64,000 nucleotides of DNA. Source: Octopus vulgaris. Lineage: Eukaryota. The notes below the pieces were generated by a model. That model saw only the letters and a list, made by a program, of their open reading frames with translations. It was not told where the DNA came from and ran no database searches. This document shows, piece by piece, positions 10,203 through 23,876 of this stretch. Where the stretch lies: contig OX597818.1 in NCBI GenBank assembly GCA_951406725.2, positions 558,001 through 622,000 on the forward strand, given 5' to 3'. The position numbers and the translations under genes were made by a program. Each line of letters begins with the position of its first letter. The stretch's first letter is position 1.

Positions 10203-11466
10203 TAACAAAATACCAGCTATAAATTTGAACTCATGACCCATGAGTAACCAGTTCAACATCTTATAGACTGAGTCATCTGGTGATATAGAGCCTTCTTAAT
10301 GTTATCCCAACTTGAGTCCCTTTTAAGCAAGTCAACATTTTAAGGACAACAAGGGTTTATTTACCATGACAAGCTGGACTAAACAAGCTTACTTTCTGAA
10401 GCCAAAGAGGGAGTCTCTATATATGGTTCAACCTATTAGAAATAGCAGCCAAATCTGAGGTGCAATCAAAATGGTCCAAAATGTTTAAAACTTTCCTATA
10501 GGATAATAGTTTTCAACTATCAATAACCATACCTAAAAATTTACCTCACTGGCCATGGTACCACCTCTGTGCACACAACATAAAATAATATGCACAATAC
10601 ACACTTATGCTCTGCAACACAAACATAACAGAACATATACGCATACACAACAGAGAACACACACAATACAGTAAACAAAGACATAAAAACAAATAAATCT
10701 GTCAAATTTAGAGAAAATTATTTCAGTTGTTTAACTAACTCGGCTATCTGTCATTTAATTTTCAGAATAAGTGGCTGAGTATTCCACAGACATATGTACT
10801 TTTAATTTGATTTTTAGGTTGAATCAATGACACATCGTAGGACAAAGATGGATGTTTGATGTTTAAACCAATGGGCTTGCAAACGTTTACTATAGGCTAG
10901 TATTTTTTTACCTAAAGCAAAAAATATGGTAAAAGACTACTAGTCTAAAATGCCAAACAATGGAACTGAACCTGAGACCTTATGATTGGAGACTTTCCCA
11001 ATTCTATGGTACAAATTTCTTTCTTTAAAGTGATCTAAATCTAAATCCTGATTTATGTCACAAACATTAACCTGATAATGACAAAGTTATTTTATTAAAT
11101 TCTTCATTAGTATAAAAATTAATTGAAATAAAAGCAGTGTATTTCAACAAGAATACAGTCATGAAAAGGTCACAATATTCTTAGCCATCCAGACATACCT
11201 ACATCTACAAGTACAACAGGAAAACATATAATAGAATACAGGATTTAGAGGTTAAGTCATCAGATATAGGTATGGTGGTGTATCAGACAATAGAATATAA
11301 ACTGCAAATCAGGAGTCAGCAACAAATGGTTCAACAAGATCTTTTCTGTAGACTTCAGACCTTTTCTTAAAGTTTTCTGGATTTGGAACAGTCGATGGTT
11401 TTTGTGTCATGATTTGTTTAATTTTTGCTTACATAGGTATTACCAATGATGGAAGTTGAAGGATTA

Positions 11467-11935
11467 TCATCATCATCATTTTAATATCAGTTTTTTCATG
11501 CTTGCAATGATTAGGTGAAATGTGTTTATGCAGATTTTCAACAGCCAGATGCCTTTTTTGTTGCCAGCCTTTAACTGTTTCCAAGTAAAGGAATATTTTC
11601 CCATGGTCAGACAGGTTTGCACAGGACATTAAAAACAAACAATACAGTGGCACTTGTTTACAACTGTTGTGTAATGTCAACATAAGGAAACACAAATTAC
11701 AAACTCGCATGCATGTACACACAAACAAGGGAAGGTAACAAACATGCACAAGTGTGTGTATGCATAAATACACAATGATGGCCTTCTTTCAGTTACCATC
11801 CACCAAATCTATTCACAAGACTGGAGATATAGTAGAAATCATTTATCCAAAGTTTCACAAAGTAGGACTTGCATAAGTTGCGGAAGAATTTAACTGTCTT
11901 AGGAACACATTTCTTATTGAAATACATAGCCAATA
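11467..11935 (-). mobile_element. Degraded family-B SINE with RTE-type tail
   Basis: (CAT)n tail, reverse RTE 3' motif, internal CA repeat, then CTTCTTTCAGTTACCATCCACCAAATCTATTCACAAG. Confidence 0.7.
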
Positions 11936-12500
11936 AGATTCAAAACCAATAATTTGAAAGGATTAAGTAAAATAATTAATTTATCCATCTTGCATTCTGG
12001 TGTTTGGAATATAAAATGTTGTCACAAAAAAATTCTGATGGAAAGTTTTCATTTGAATACGAACATTTTTGGAAAAAAAAAATGGAGGTTATCTATAATA
12101 GACCAACTGGGATTGAACTCAGATAGGTTGATATGAAAAGGATTAAGAAAGGTGAGTAAGTGGTTAAGAAGTTTACCTTATAGCTATGGTTGCTCCAATA
12201 CCTTACGGGTGAAATTTGGTAAACAAACCTCAAATGTCTTGTAACTCTCTAAAAGGATGTAACCCAATCTTAGGTGACATCCTACAAATAGAGGTCAATA
12301 AAATAAGTACCAAACTAAATACTGGGGGAGTCACTATAATCGAGTAAAACCCTTGAAAGTGGTGTCCCATCATGGTTATAATCCAATTTTGAATTTTAGA
12401 AATACTGGGACTAATATACAGAATAAAAGAATGGTATTTGATCAGCAGACACATAAGGAGGAGGAGAACAATAACAACAAAAACGGGTTAATGGATGAGA

Positions 12501-12666
12501 CAGTAGTGTAGTTGGGGGGGGGGGGGGCACTCCATTCTTCGCAACACTTTCATAGGGTTGACACATTTGAGTCTACTGTATGAATCTGTATAGGTGGCAT
12601 GGGACAAAGGGAAGGTAACAAACTTAAGTGCTGCCCTGGATGGCACAACCTCTAGCTATGCCACTG
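12501..12666. mobile_element. Probable hAT-type MITE
   Basis: Ends CAGTAGTGTAGTTGG and CTCTAGCTATGCCACTG (reverse complement CAGTGGCATAGCTAGAG). Flanks GGATGAGA / GGATGTCT match at 5 of 8 positions, a possible decayed TSD. Confidence 0.5.
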
Positions 12667-13034
12667 GGATGTCTATAACCAACTCAAATGATATAGACTT
12701 AATGAGCACAGTATATGAATACAGAAGAGTACAGTGTATAAATATGTACCAAAAGGACAGTGTAAATACTTTATGTACGATACATTTACATTATGTCTAT
12801 CTTTCACCAATGCATATCTGTGAAGGGTGTAGATGTCAATAAGAAACTGAAAAACTGGTGATACAACTGTGAATAGCTCTGACAGTCATGAACAGTTCAG
12901 CCAAGGGTAAAACCCAGAGTAGACTGTCACTGTTTGATATAGTAAATATATCTATCCACTCAATGAATCACATAGAATTATGATTGCCAATATATTTTAA
13001 TTACTTCAAAAATCTCATATTATTACATATATAT

Positions 13035-13193
13035 TTGTGGATATGTAGTTGAGAAATTTGCTTCCAAACCACATAATTTGGGTCAACTGTGTGGTACTTG
13101 GACAAGTGTCTTCTATTACAGCCCTAAGCTGACCAAAGCCTTGTGAGTGGATTTGTAAACAAAAGCTGTAAGAGGCCCATCATGTATGCACAT

Positions 13194-13226
<33 letters not shown>

Positions 13227-13470
13227 AGAGAGAGACAGACAGACAGTTTTAGTGTCTCCTTGTCATGACATTACATGATAGCTATCAACAAATGTCCCTT
13301 CGTACAAGCAGTGTCCTTTGTTTCTAATGACTGGGAACATATCTGGCAAAAGGGAAATATTATCTTATTTGGTGAGGGTTGGTGACAAGAATGGCATCTG
13401 GCTGCAAAAAATCTGCCTCAATGAATTCTGTTCAAAGCTTGCAAAGTGTTAAAATAATGATGATGATGAT
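13035..13470 (+). mobile_element. Family-B SINE (tRNA head, CORE-like domain, internal microsatellite) with RTE-derived tail and (GAT)n
   Basis: GGACAAGTGTCTTCTATT..GCTGACCAAAGCCTTGTGAGTGGATTTG, then (TG)n, then GGTTGGTGACAAGAATGGCATCTGGCTG and (GAT)n. Confidence 0.8.
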
Positions 13471-13870
13471 GTCGATATCATATTGATCATTAGTATTGTC
13501 ATTTTACATCCATTTTTCCATGCTGTCACGGGTTGGACAGAGGTCATCATGGTTTGAGTCAGTTCTTATTATTATTGTTGTCTTGAATGGATCATGGACC
13601 ACATCTTTCTCATACATTGCATTTACAACATGATTTCTATGATTGGATACTGCCCCAAACATCAACCACTTTAAAGAATGTACTGAGAGTATTTTATTAT
13701 AGCACTAACATCACAAGGGTTACCGTGTACCCTGTAAGACTAAAGACTCCTCTCTCCCATTTGTCATCACCTTTGTTGAGTCCATTGACAGAGTCACAAG
13801 CAATGCTTTCTTCATATTTAGCTTTAAAAAAACATTAAAAAATGATATTGAATTATATTCCGAGACTTAC

Positions 13871-13915
13871 CAACAGTTACAAAAACTCTTGGAAAAGACT
13901 TATCAGATAGGATGC
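13871..13915 (-). CDS. Possible 45-bp symmetric microexon: (G)ILSDKSFPRVFVTV
   Basis: Strong donor TTG|GTAAGT but weaker acceptor TTTTGTGTCACTTTCTAAG|. Open only as a phase 1-1 exon. Confidence 0.25.
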
Positions 13916-16309
13916 CTTAGAAAGTGACACAAAACCCCTCCGCAAAACTCAAACTATTTGTGATCAACTGAATTTCAACTAATGCTATGTGTTAAGTGAT
14001 TCAGGATTCTGCAGATATGTGTCTCTTTAATGTAATCTTGAACTAAATCAGCAGGCCATAAAGGGACATAGCTGGGCCTTCTAATTAAAGAAAAGAGAGA
14101 GGAGTGGGAAAGAGGAACTTATCCCTGAAATAGATTGATAGTTTATTGATCCTGAAAAAAAAAAAAAAAATGAAAGGCAAACTGACCATTTGGACTCAGA
14201 ATGAAGAAGCAAAATAAAAACTGTAAGGGATACAATGATGTTTTTAACAATTCTAACAATTCACTGCCTTCGTTTAACAGTGTTGGCTATATATGTGTTT
14301 GTGTCTGTATATGAATGTCTGTATGTGTGTGTTTGCATGTATCTGTATGCGTGTATATGTGTGTGCTTGTATGTGTCTATGGGTGTTTGTATCTGTGGAT
14401 GCACACATTATCAAATCAGGTTTATGTTATTGTCCACTGTAAAGTTCTGCCCTAATTCCTTCTTAAATGAAAACACACACATACTCTTACACATACATAA
14501 TCAGATGTGTGTGTGTGTGTGTGTGTGCATGCATGTTTTTCTAGTAACATTACCAGTGACTCCAAGAGAGTCACGGTCACAAGAGATTTAGATATGGCCC
14601 CAGGCTGAAAAGAATAAACATATCTTCTTTGTTTTTTAATTCTCAAAATGTAATGGGTGACAGAAAATAGCATCATGGGTAGGGGAGGGATGTAAAGAAG
14701 AAAGTTAAAATAAGCCATAGGTCTGACTGAGTGGAATAACAACAACAAGTAAATATTTCAAATACAAACCAAAACATAGCAAAATGTCTATGTTAGTGGG
14801 GTATCATCTAATGTAAAGTCTTCTCACAACAAACTTTGGATTGTCATAGAATAAAGAAAGTGTATGTAAAGAAATACACACACACACATACCTACGTAAT
14901 GAAAATAAAAATGGCACAGCAGTAAACTTCAACAATGGCAACCATATGACTATTAAAACTATGCTAACCACCCACTCATCTTAGTTGTTTGTTTATCTTT
15001 ATTCATATGTTGTCTTCCCTTTGGAAATATGACTGCAATGAAGCAAAGTGTGCAATAATAGACCAAATGACTGAAGATTAACCATAAAATATATCAAAAG
15101 AGCTTCTTGGAACTAAGCTGGCTTTGGTCAGGAATCAAAGTCTTAGAAATTAAATGCTGAGCGACATAAGCAAAACATAATTAATTTTTAAATGTTCTAC
15201 TGTATATAGATGCCAATATTTGGGTGTTTATGTATGTAAGAGTGTGTGTGTGTGTACACACTCGTACAAACAGAAACACACTTGTACACACATAAACACA
15301 CTCATGCATACACAAACATATGAATGTATTTATGCCCCCTTAAGTGTGTATGTACATAAATGTAGGAGTAAAAGAGCACTTCCTCTACTTCCTGTTTAAT
15401 CTTCTTTCCTCAAAATTTATAACAGAAGCTCATAGGATTGACTGACTCCCCCACCCCCTCAACAACTACCATCCACCATAAAATAGGTTCTTCAAACAAA
15501 CTTATTTCATGTTAAAAATAGCTGGGTTTTCAATTAACCCTCTCTGACATAAACATATAAAAGTCTGTTCTACATTTTAGCAACCAAATATGGCAGGATT
15601 TGGACTTGAACTGTAAAGGACTGCAACTATACACCAATAACATGAGATAAACTGAAAAACTTGCCAAGCAGCAAAGACAACATGTAATAAAGAAACATAT
15701 TATGTAACATGTAAAAATAATAAATCACTATAGTAACAAATAGATATCTGAATCAAACAAAATAAAATATATAAATTCATATGAGATCCACTGACTATTT
15801 CAGATTTCATAAGAATAACATAAGTTTTGTTTCTAGCTTTTAGTTTCAAGTAGATATTGTTGTTATTGTTTAATGGCAATAATAATAAAAATTAGTAACA
15901 GGACTAGTAATGTGAAAAAATATAGTTTCAAATACTTTATTGATTAATAAGGCTTCTTCCTAAAGATATTCATATTGGATAATGTAGTACAAGACTCATG
16001 ACATTGTAAAAAAATGACAAAGCAGTTACATCTGGACTGATCTTGATCAATCAATGTTGATATGAAGTTAAACAACTACAGCAACAAAATGGACAGTATT
16101 TGATGTGAAAATACTGTGGGGAATTGATGCAGAGATATTTATGCATTTCTCCAAATTTAATTACCAACTGTGTACAAGCACCCTAATTGGGAATTGAAAT
16201 TATGCTGAAAGTTACATTTTATAAAACTTACAAGTCAAAAGAAAACACATGGAAGATAATAGAAATAATAAATGGAGAAAATGTTGACACCATCATCATT
16301 TTACATGCA

Positions 16310-16612
16310 TTTGTTGCATGGTTGAGAAGCTTACTTCTCAACCATGTGGTTTTGGGTTCATTCACTCTGCACAGCACCCTGGTCAAGTGTTTTCCACTAT
16401 AAAACTGGGCTGACTAAAGATTTGTGAGAGGATCTTGAAGATCGAAACTGAATGAAGCCCACAGGATATGTGTATGTGTGCATATGAATGTGTTTGTGTC
16501 CTTGTCTTGACACTAGGTGATGGTTGTAAACAGCTATCAATGTCATTCATATAAGTGATGTTCATTTCCAGTTTTCCATAATAAAAAAAAGCATGTCGGA
16601 TATGCATTGTGT
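16310..16612 (+). mobile_element. Family-B SINE, 3'-truncated
   Basis: TGGTTGAGAAGCTTACTTCTCAACCATGTGGTTTTGGGTTCA...CACCCTGGTCAAGTGTTTTCCACTATA. Confidence 0.75.
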
Positions 16613-17229
16613 GCAAAAGAGATCTAGATGGAGAAGTAGATGCCGTTGTAGCAGAAACAGACTATCTGTGTGTTAAAGCCATTGTTTTATAAGCCAAGTC
16701 ACCTCATTTAGGATGTGATTCTGGAGGTTTTTGTATCACAATAACAGTTTCTGACCAGATATATTAGCAGTACTCCACTCTACATTATACATGAGTATCA
16801 GTATGTGAATATACTCTACTCTCTACATTGTAATTGAGTACCAGTATGTGAATGTACACCAATAGTAATTGCTAAGAACTGAAGTATTTTATGGTCTTGA
16901 AGAGTAAGTGGTCTTTGTGAAGTAGTTTTGGTAATGTTTTTATCATGTGGAGTTGCCATGAGAGATCAAACATTGTAATAAGTACAATTTATAGAGACTT
17001 TGAGGGTCTTAAAGGAAATATGCTATAACACTTTTTTTTTGATAGGTTTAGTGGGTGTACTTCAGTGACATTAAAGAAAAGGTGTTTTTCATCTCCCCAT
17101 TGAAGACTATTTTCAAAACTCTTATTCATGAATGCAGTAAATTAAAGATGCCATCCAAACAAAGGAAGAGACTAACAAAGCTTGGCTTGTAAACAAGTAC
17201 CTCCTTTGTGCTTGCTGTGCACTGAGGTA

Positions 17230-18035
17230 TAAAAAGTTGCAGCAGAGACAGAAGAAACATTCAAGGTTAAATCATGGGAAGACTTTGGGATTAAGCTAGA
17301 CTGACTTTAGATGAGCAATAAAGCATTCTGGCAGACTAACTGCCAACTTTGAAACAAGAAGTCCTGTTCCATACCAACCATTAAGAACTCAGCTGAGGTT
17401 CTTCTCAACACTGTGAAGAGCAGCCTTAGGAGGTGGAGGGAATACTTTACTTATCTCCTAAATCCAGGGACAATGCAATTCTCTAGTGGATGCAAGGTGC
17501 ATCTAGGAGCAAAACTAACTTCATAGAGGCTGAAGTCATCGGAGCAATTAAAGTGCTCAAATGTAGTAAAGCCACCTGGGAAGAAGAAACTTGGCAGATA
17601 TTAAAAGCAAATTTGCTATCTTCGATCCAGTTTTTGTGCCTATCCTTGCCTATAGTTGTGAATGTTGGGTAATGATAACGAACACAAGCAACTGGAATGG
17701 GATTCCTCCAAAGGATCTCTAGAGTAGCATTACTTGACGTAGTGTGTAGCTTGAAGATCATAGAGTCTCTCCAGGTTGAGCCCCTCTGCATTGAGAAGTT
17801 ACAGCTTCAATACTGCACACATGATTAAAATGTCTCAAGAAAGAATCACAAGACAGACTTAGAAGTAGACCAAGAAAGAGATGGTTATAATATCCCTAGT
17901 CTCAGTTAGTCATACTTGGGAATCCAGTCAGAAAGTGTAATGACAACTGCTTCTAATAGGACCCTATGGAGAAGGTGCCTGATGACTCTGCCTCCACAAC
18001 CCTTTCAGGAACAGGAGGCAGAAAAAATAAATGGA
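17230..18035 (+). mobile_element. Old, internally deleted RTE-like LINE relic
   Basis: Broken translation KSWEDFG...KAFWQT...LRRWREYFTYLLNP...EAEVIGAIKVLK, jumping to the post-RT region (TQATGMGFLQRISRVALLDVVCS...). Confidence 0.65.
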
Positions 18036-18439
18036 TGGAGAGATAAATGCAAGGAAGGTTTAACGTGTATGGATGATGCTTGCCAACAGAGGCTAAGGAA
18101 AATGAAGGCTGGTGTCATCATCATATGTGTATGTTGTTAAAAGTGGCAGTGAGAAAGTTTTTAATGTATAACCATAAAAGCATGGAAGACAAAACAAACC
18201 TCGAGGCACACCACGGTTAAAAGCATGCGGATTAGAGAACAGATATTGCAATGAAGATCACTGAAAAGAAATCTTTGATCTAAGAGGTGTGATTTTAGTG
18301 GAACTCAGGAACTGGGCAAACAGCTTAGATAGGAGGTTCTGATACCAAACATGGTTGAATGTTAACCGTTTTTTATTTGTTTTTTTTTTTATTGGGTTCA
18401 GATGGGAGTGTATTGGTCTCACTGAAGTTTTCAAATATA

Positions 18440-19030
18440 AAGGATATCACTGATGAGTGACACTGGAGAGTAAGGACTGTGGTGAGTGGCATAGGAGAGT
18501 AAGGACATCAGTGGTGAGTGACACTGGAGAGCAAGGACATCAGTGGTGAGTGACACAGGAGAGTAAGAACATCAGTAGTGAGTGACACAGGAGAGTAAGG
18601 ACATCAGTGGTGAGTGACACAGGAGAGTAAGGACATCAGTGGTGAGTGACACAGGAAAGTAAGGACATCAGTGGTGAGTGACACAGGAGAGTAAGGACAT
18701 CAGTGGTGAGTGACACAGGAAAGTAAGGACATCAGTGGTGAGTGACACTGGAGAGTAAGGACATCAGTGGTGACACAGGAGAGTAAGGACATCAGTGGTG
18801 AGTGACACAGGAGAGTAAAGACATCAGTGGTGAGTGATACAGGAGAGTAAGGACATCAGTGGTGAGTGACACTGGAGAGTAAGGACATCAGTGGTGAGTG
18901 ACACTGGAGAGTAAGGACATCAGTGGTGAGTGACACAGGAGAGTAAGGACATCAGTGGTGAGTGACACAGGAGAGTAAGGACATCAGTGGTGAGTGACAC
19001 AGGAGATCAAGGACAACAATGGTGACACAG
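18440..19030. repeat. 32-bp minisatellite (GTGACACAGGAGAGTAAGGACATCAGTGGTGA), ~18 copies
   Basis: Head-to-tail units with a 32-bp period and no spacers; ends are degenerate and some units are 4 bp shorter. Confidence 0.97.
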
Positions 19031-20059
19031 GGGAACAATTCTCCAGTAGATGTGGCTCTAATGAATCTAGATCATTGATCACTGAGAAAGAAGGGTGATT
19101 AAAGATCATGACACTGATTATTTATAACTGCCTCCGTTAATCCTAGATTAGTCATGGTTGAGCAGAACAACGTATTTCCATACTGATCATTCATCTTGTA
19201 CCAAGGACTTTATTGTCAAATATTTCATTTCATTTTTAAGATGTGATTTGAGAGAGATTCAGGTGCTTGGAGTGATCACTAAGTTGATCCACAGCATTGA
19301 GGCTTTCTCATTGACTCACATTTGAGATGCTTTAACATGTGATAATCATTATTATTCTTTTTATAACTTACTTTAATAACTACAAGTATATATTGGTACA
19401 TACACATACATCAATGTGTATATGTGTGTTTGCACACTCATGTGATGAATAGATGGAGAGGAAGTCAACATAGAAGAAAAAGATAATGAAAACAGAGAAA
19501 AAGTGAGAGAGATGAAAGAGGGAGATAGGTGTGGTGCATATATATTAATATTTATATGTGTGCGTGTGCACGTGCGTGCGTGAGTACATGTATATACATA
19601 TATGTAAGATGAACATTTATCTGAACAATATATTTATTCTGTTCCAGATAATGGATTCACTTAACAATTAAGGCCACAACATTCCAGAAATAATTCAGTA
19701 ACAGGAACAATGTGGATAAAGAATTTCACAAGAGACACCAGGCATAACACACCCATTATATCAACTTTTTCAATGCAAGTGAATTCATATGATTAGGTCT
19801 TTCACATTCTGGTTGTCCTTTCTGTGAAAGCTCCATTCACTATGATAAAAGGTGTCAAACAAGAGAACAACTACTCATACAGCTAACTACGCAATCTTTG
19901 CTATTACACATTCGAAACCCATAGCCTAATTGTCTGACACACACATTTACATAATTTATCTAAATTTAACTATAGTCATGCTTTTAGTTACTATGTCTTT
20001 AGCTATATAACTTAAGTGGTAATTCATGATGAAAACAGAAATAAACTTTTCTATGTATA

Positions 20060-21086
20060 CAGAGTGCAATGGGTAGATTGTCACCATTTTATCTTTATAA
20101 ATTTTGCGCATTGCTCGTTTTTGATTTTGTCGACAACACAGTATAGTAGGATCAGTTGGGCACCATCTGTGAGAAAAACAGCAGTATAATGCAATTCACT
20201 CTGCCAGAAATTTGGAAACAACATGCTGTTACTGCTTGGCATTTGCACTGGAAGCTCCAGTACGAATATTTCAGTGTGTTTAGGTGTCAATCTGAGGACA
20301 TGCAATGAAAGTGATAAAAATCATACATCTAGCCAATATAATGGTGTTTGGAGTGATCACTAGTGATGGTGATGTTTATGCCTCCGTTCATCTTCACACT
20401 TGGCCTCACACTCAACACAGAGGCATACCTCAAGTGCTTGGACGAGGTAGTGCTTGGACAAGGTGGTGCTGCCCTGGGTCAAGAGGGTGGCTGCTGGAAG
20501 GCTCTATCTCTGGCAACAAGACTCTGCACCATACCACACAAGCAAGAGAATCCAGTCATGGCTGTCAGACAATTTCTGAAACCACATCACCCCTAACATC
20601 TGGCCACCTAACTCCCCAGATTGCAACCCCCTTGATTACAATGTGTGGGATGCAAGAGACCAACAAAACTCCTTGTAACACCAAAGATGAACTGAAGGCA
20701 AGGATTATGGCAACATTCACCAATTTAAATAAGGAAATTATCCAGAAGAGTTGCAGGAGGTCCCAAAGTTATCTGAAGGCCATGGTTGAAGCCAATGGTG
20801 ATTTCATTGAATAAATTTACTCTTTAGTATATCAAGATACTTTTATGTAATTTTGGTAAATATATCTGTTAAAATGAGATGTCAATGTTATTTTCATTTT
20901 TGCGTAATTTAGACTGTAGTAGTTCACCACTGTGAGTACTTTGCTTTTGGTCAAATCAACATTAACAGGTTACTTGCAATGCAGGACATGAAAAATAAAG
21001 AGTTATTTGTTAACCAATGTTTTATTCCCTAATTGACTGAATGATATTCACATACTTCAAGACGACAGTTTATTCACTGCACCCTG
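20060..21086 (+). mobile_element. Tc1/mariner-superfamily transposon, DD37D (maT/Bmmar1-like), internally deleted
   Basis: TA|CAGAGTGCAATGGGTAGATTGTC ... GACAGTTTATTCACTGCACCCTG|TA. Transposase relic IMVFGVITSDG...WQQDSAPYH...WPPNSPDCNPLDY, with 37 codons between the last two catalytic Asp. Confidence 0.92.
20305..20814 (+). pseudogene. DD37D transposase catalytic-domain pseudogene
   Basis: Frameshifts (including a 16-bp tandem duplication at ~20434-20465), an in-frame TGA, and the C-terminus ...KAMVEANGDFIE*. Confidence 0.88.
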
Positions 21087-21094
21087 TATATGAT

Positions 21095-21132
<38 letters not shown>

Positions 21133-21449
21133 ACACAACTCTTAACTCTTACTTTATGACTTTCAATGGGATTTAAAATATATACATACACATGTATTGA
21201 GTTCTATATCTCCTGATTGCTCCATTAAACTTCTCTCTCCCTCTCTCATACACACACACACCCTCACTTTAGTGGTAACAAATAAGAAAAAGTATTCAGT
21301 ACTGGAAGTGAAGTGGAAATAATTCAGTCAACCAGAACTTAACTGGCTACAAGTTTCCACAAATGCTGTTACACCTGTTTCATTATCATTATCTTTTAAT
21401 GCCCATCTTTAATGTTGGTATGGACTGGAGTATATACATACATATATAT

Positions 21450-21706
21450 TTCGTTTTCGTCTCTTGTATTTACATCCGTCTCGTGCGTTCACATTCCTGT
21501 CTTCTACCAAGAAATCTAATGCTTACAGCTTAGTTTTTTCTTGGGGCTGGCGAGTTGGAGCAAATATCAGAATTGAACAGCCGAAATTTGCTATGATGAT
21601 TCGGTGTCTGACTGAAGATTGAAGGCTTCGAATGATTTGTCTGTGTTCCGTGTTCGTCCCTTCCTGTATTTCACGTTCATTATATATAAAAACATTTATT
21701 CTTATG
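21450..21706. repeat. CpG-retaining ~250-bp element flanked by (TA)n; possibly a Penelope pseudo-LTR
   Basis: Composition differs from the flanks and it is bounded by TA repeats on both sides. The class assignment is inference only. Confidence 0.35.

Positions 21707-23876
<2,170 letters not shown>

Noticed and set aside
11210-11430. Short open frames on both strands in unique sequence
   Set aside because: Under ~55 codons, with no convincing paired splice sites or motifs.
14897-15035. Possible minus-strand exon (acceptor TTCATTGCAG, donor GTAGGT)
   Set aside because: All three frames contain stops across the full interval; it could be non-coding but is unsupported.
16772-16858. ~42-bp two-copy tandem duplication (similar small ones at ~53020-53065 and ~55025-55150)
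   Set aside because: Ordinary local slippage duplications with no further structure.
18440-19030. CRISPR-like array with a 32-bp repeat
   Set aside because: Units are contiguous with no unique spacers, there are no cas genes, and the context is eukaryotic.
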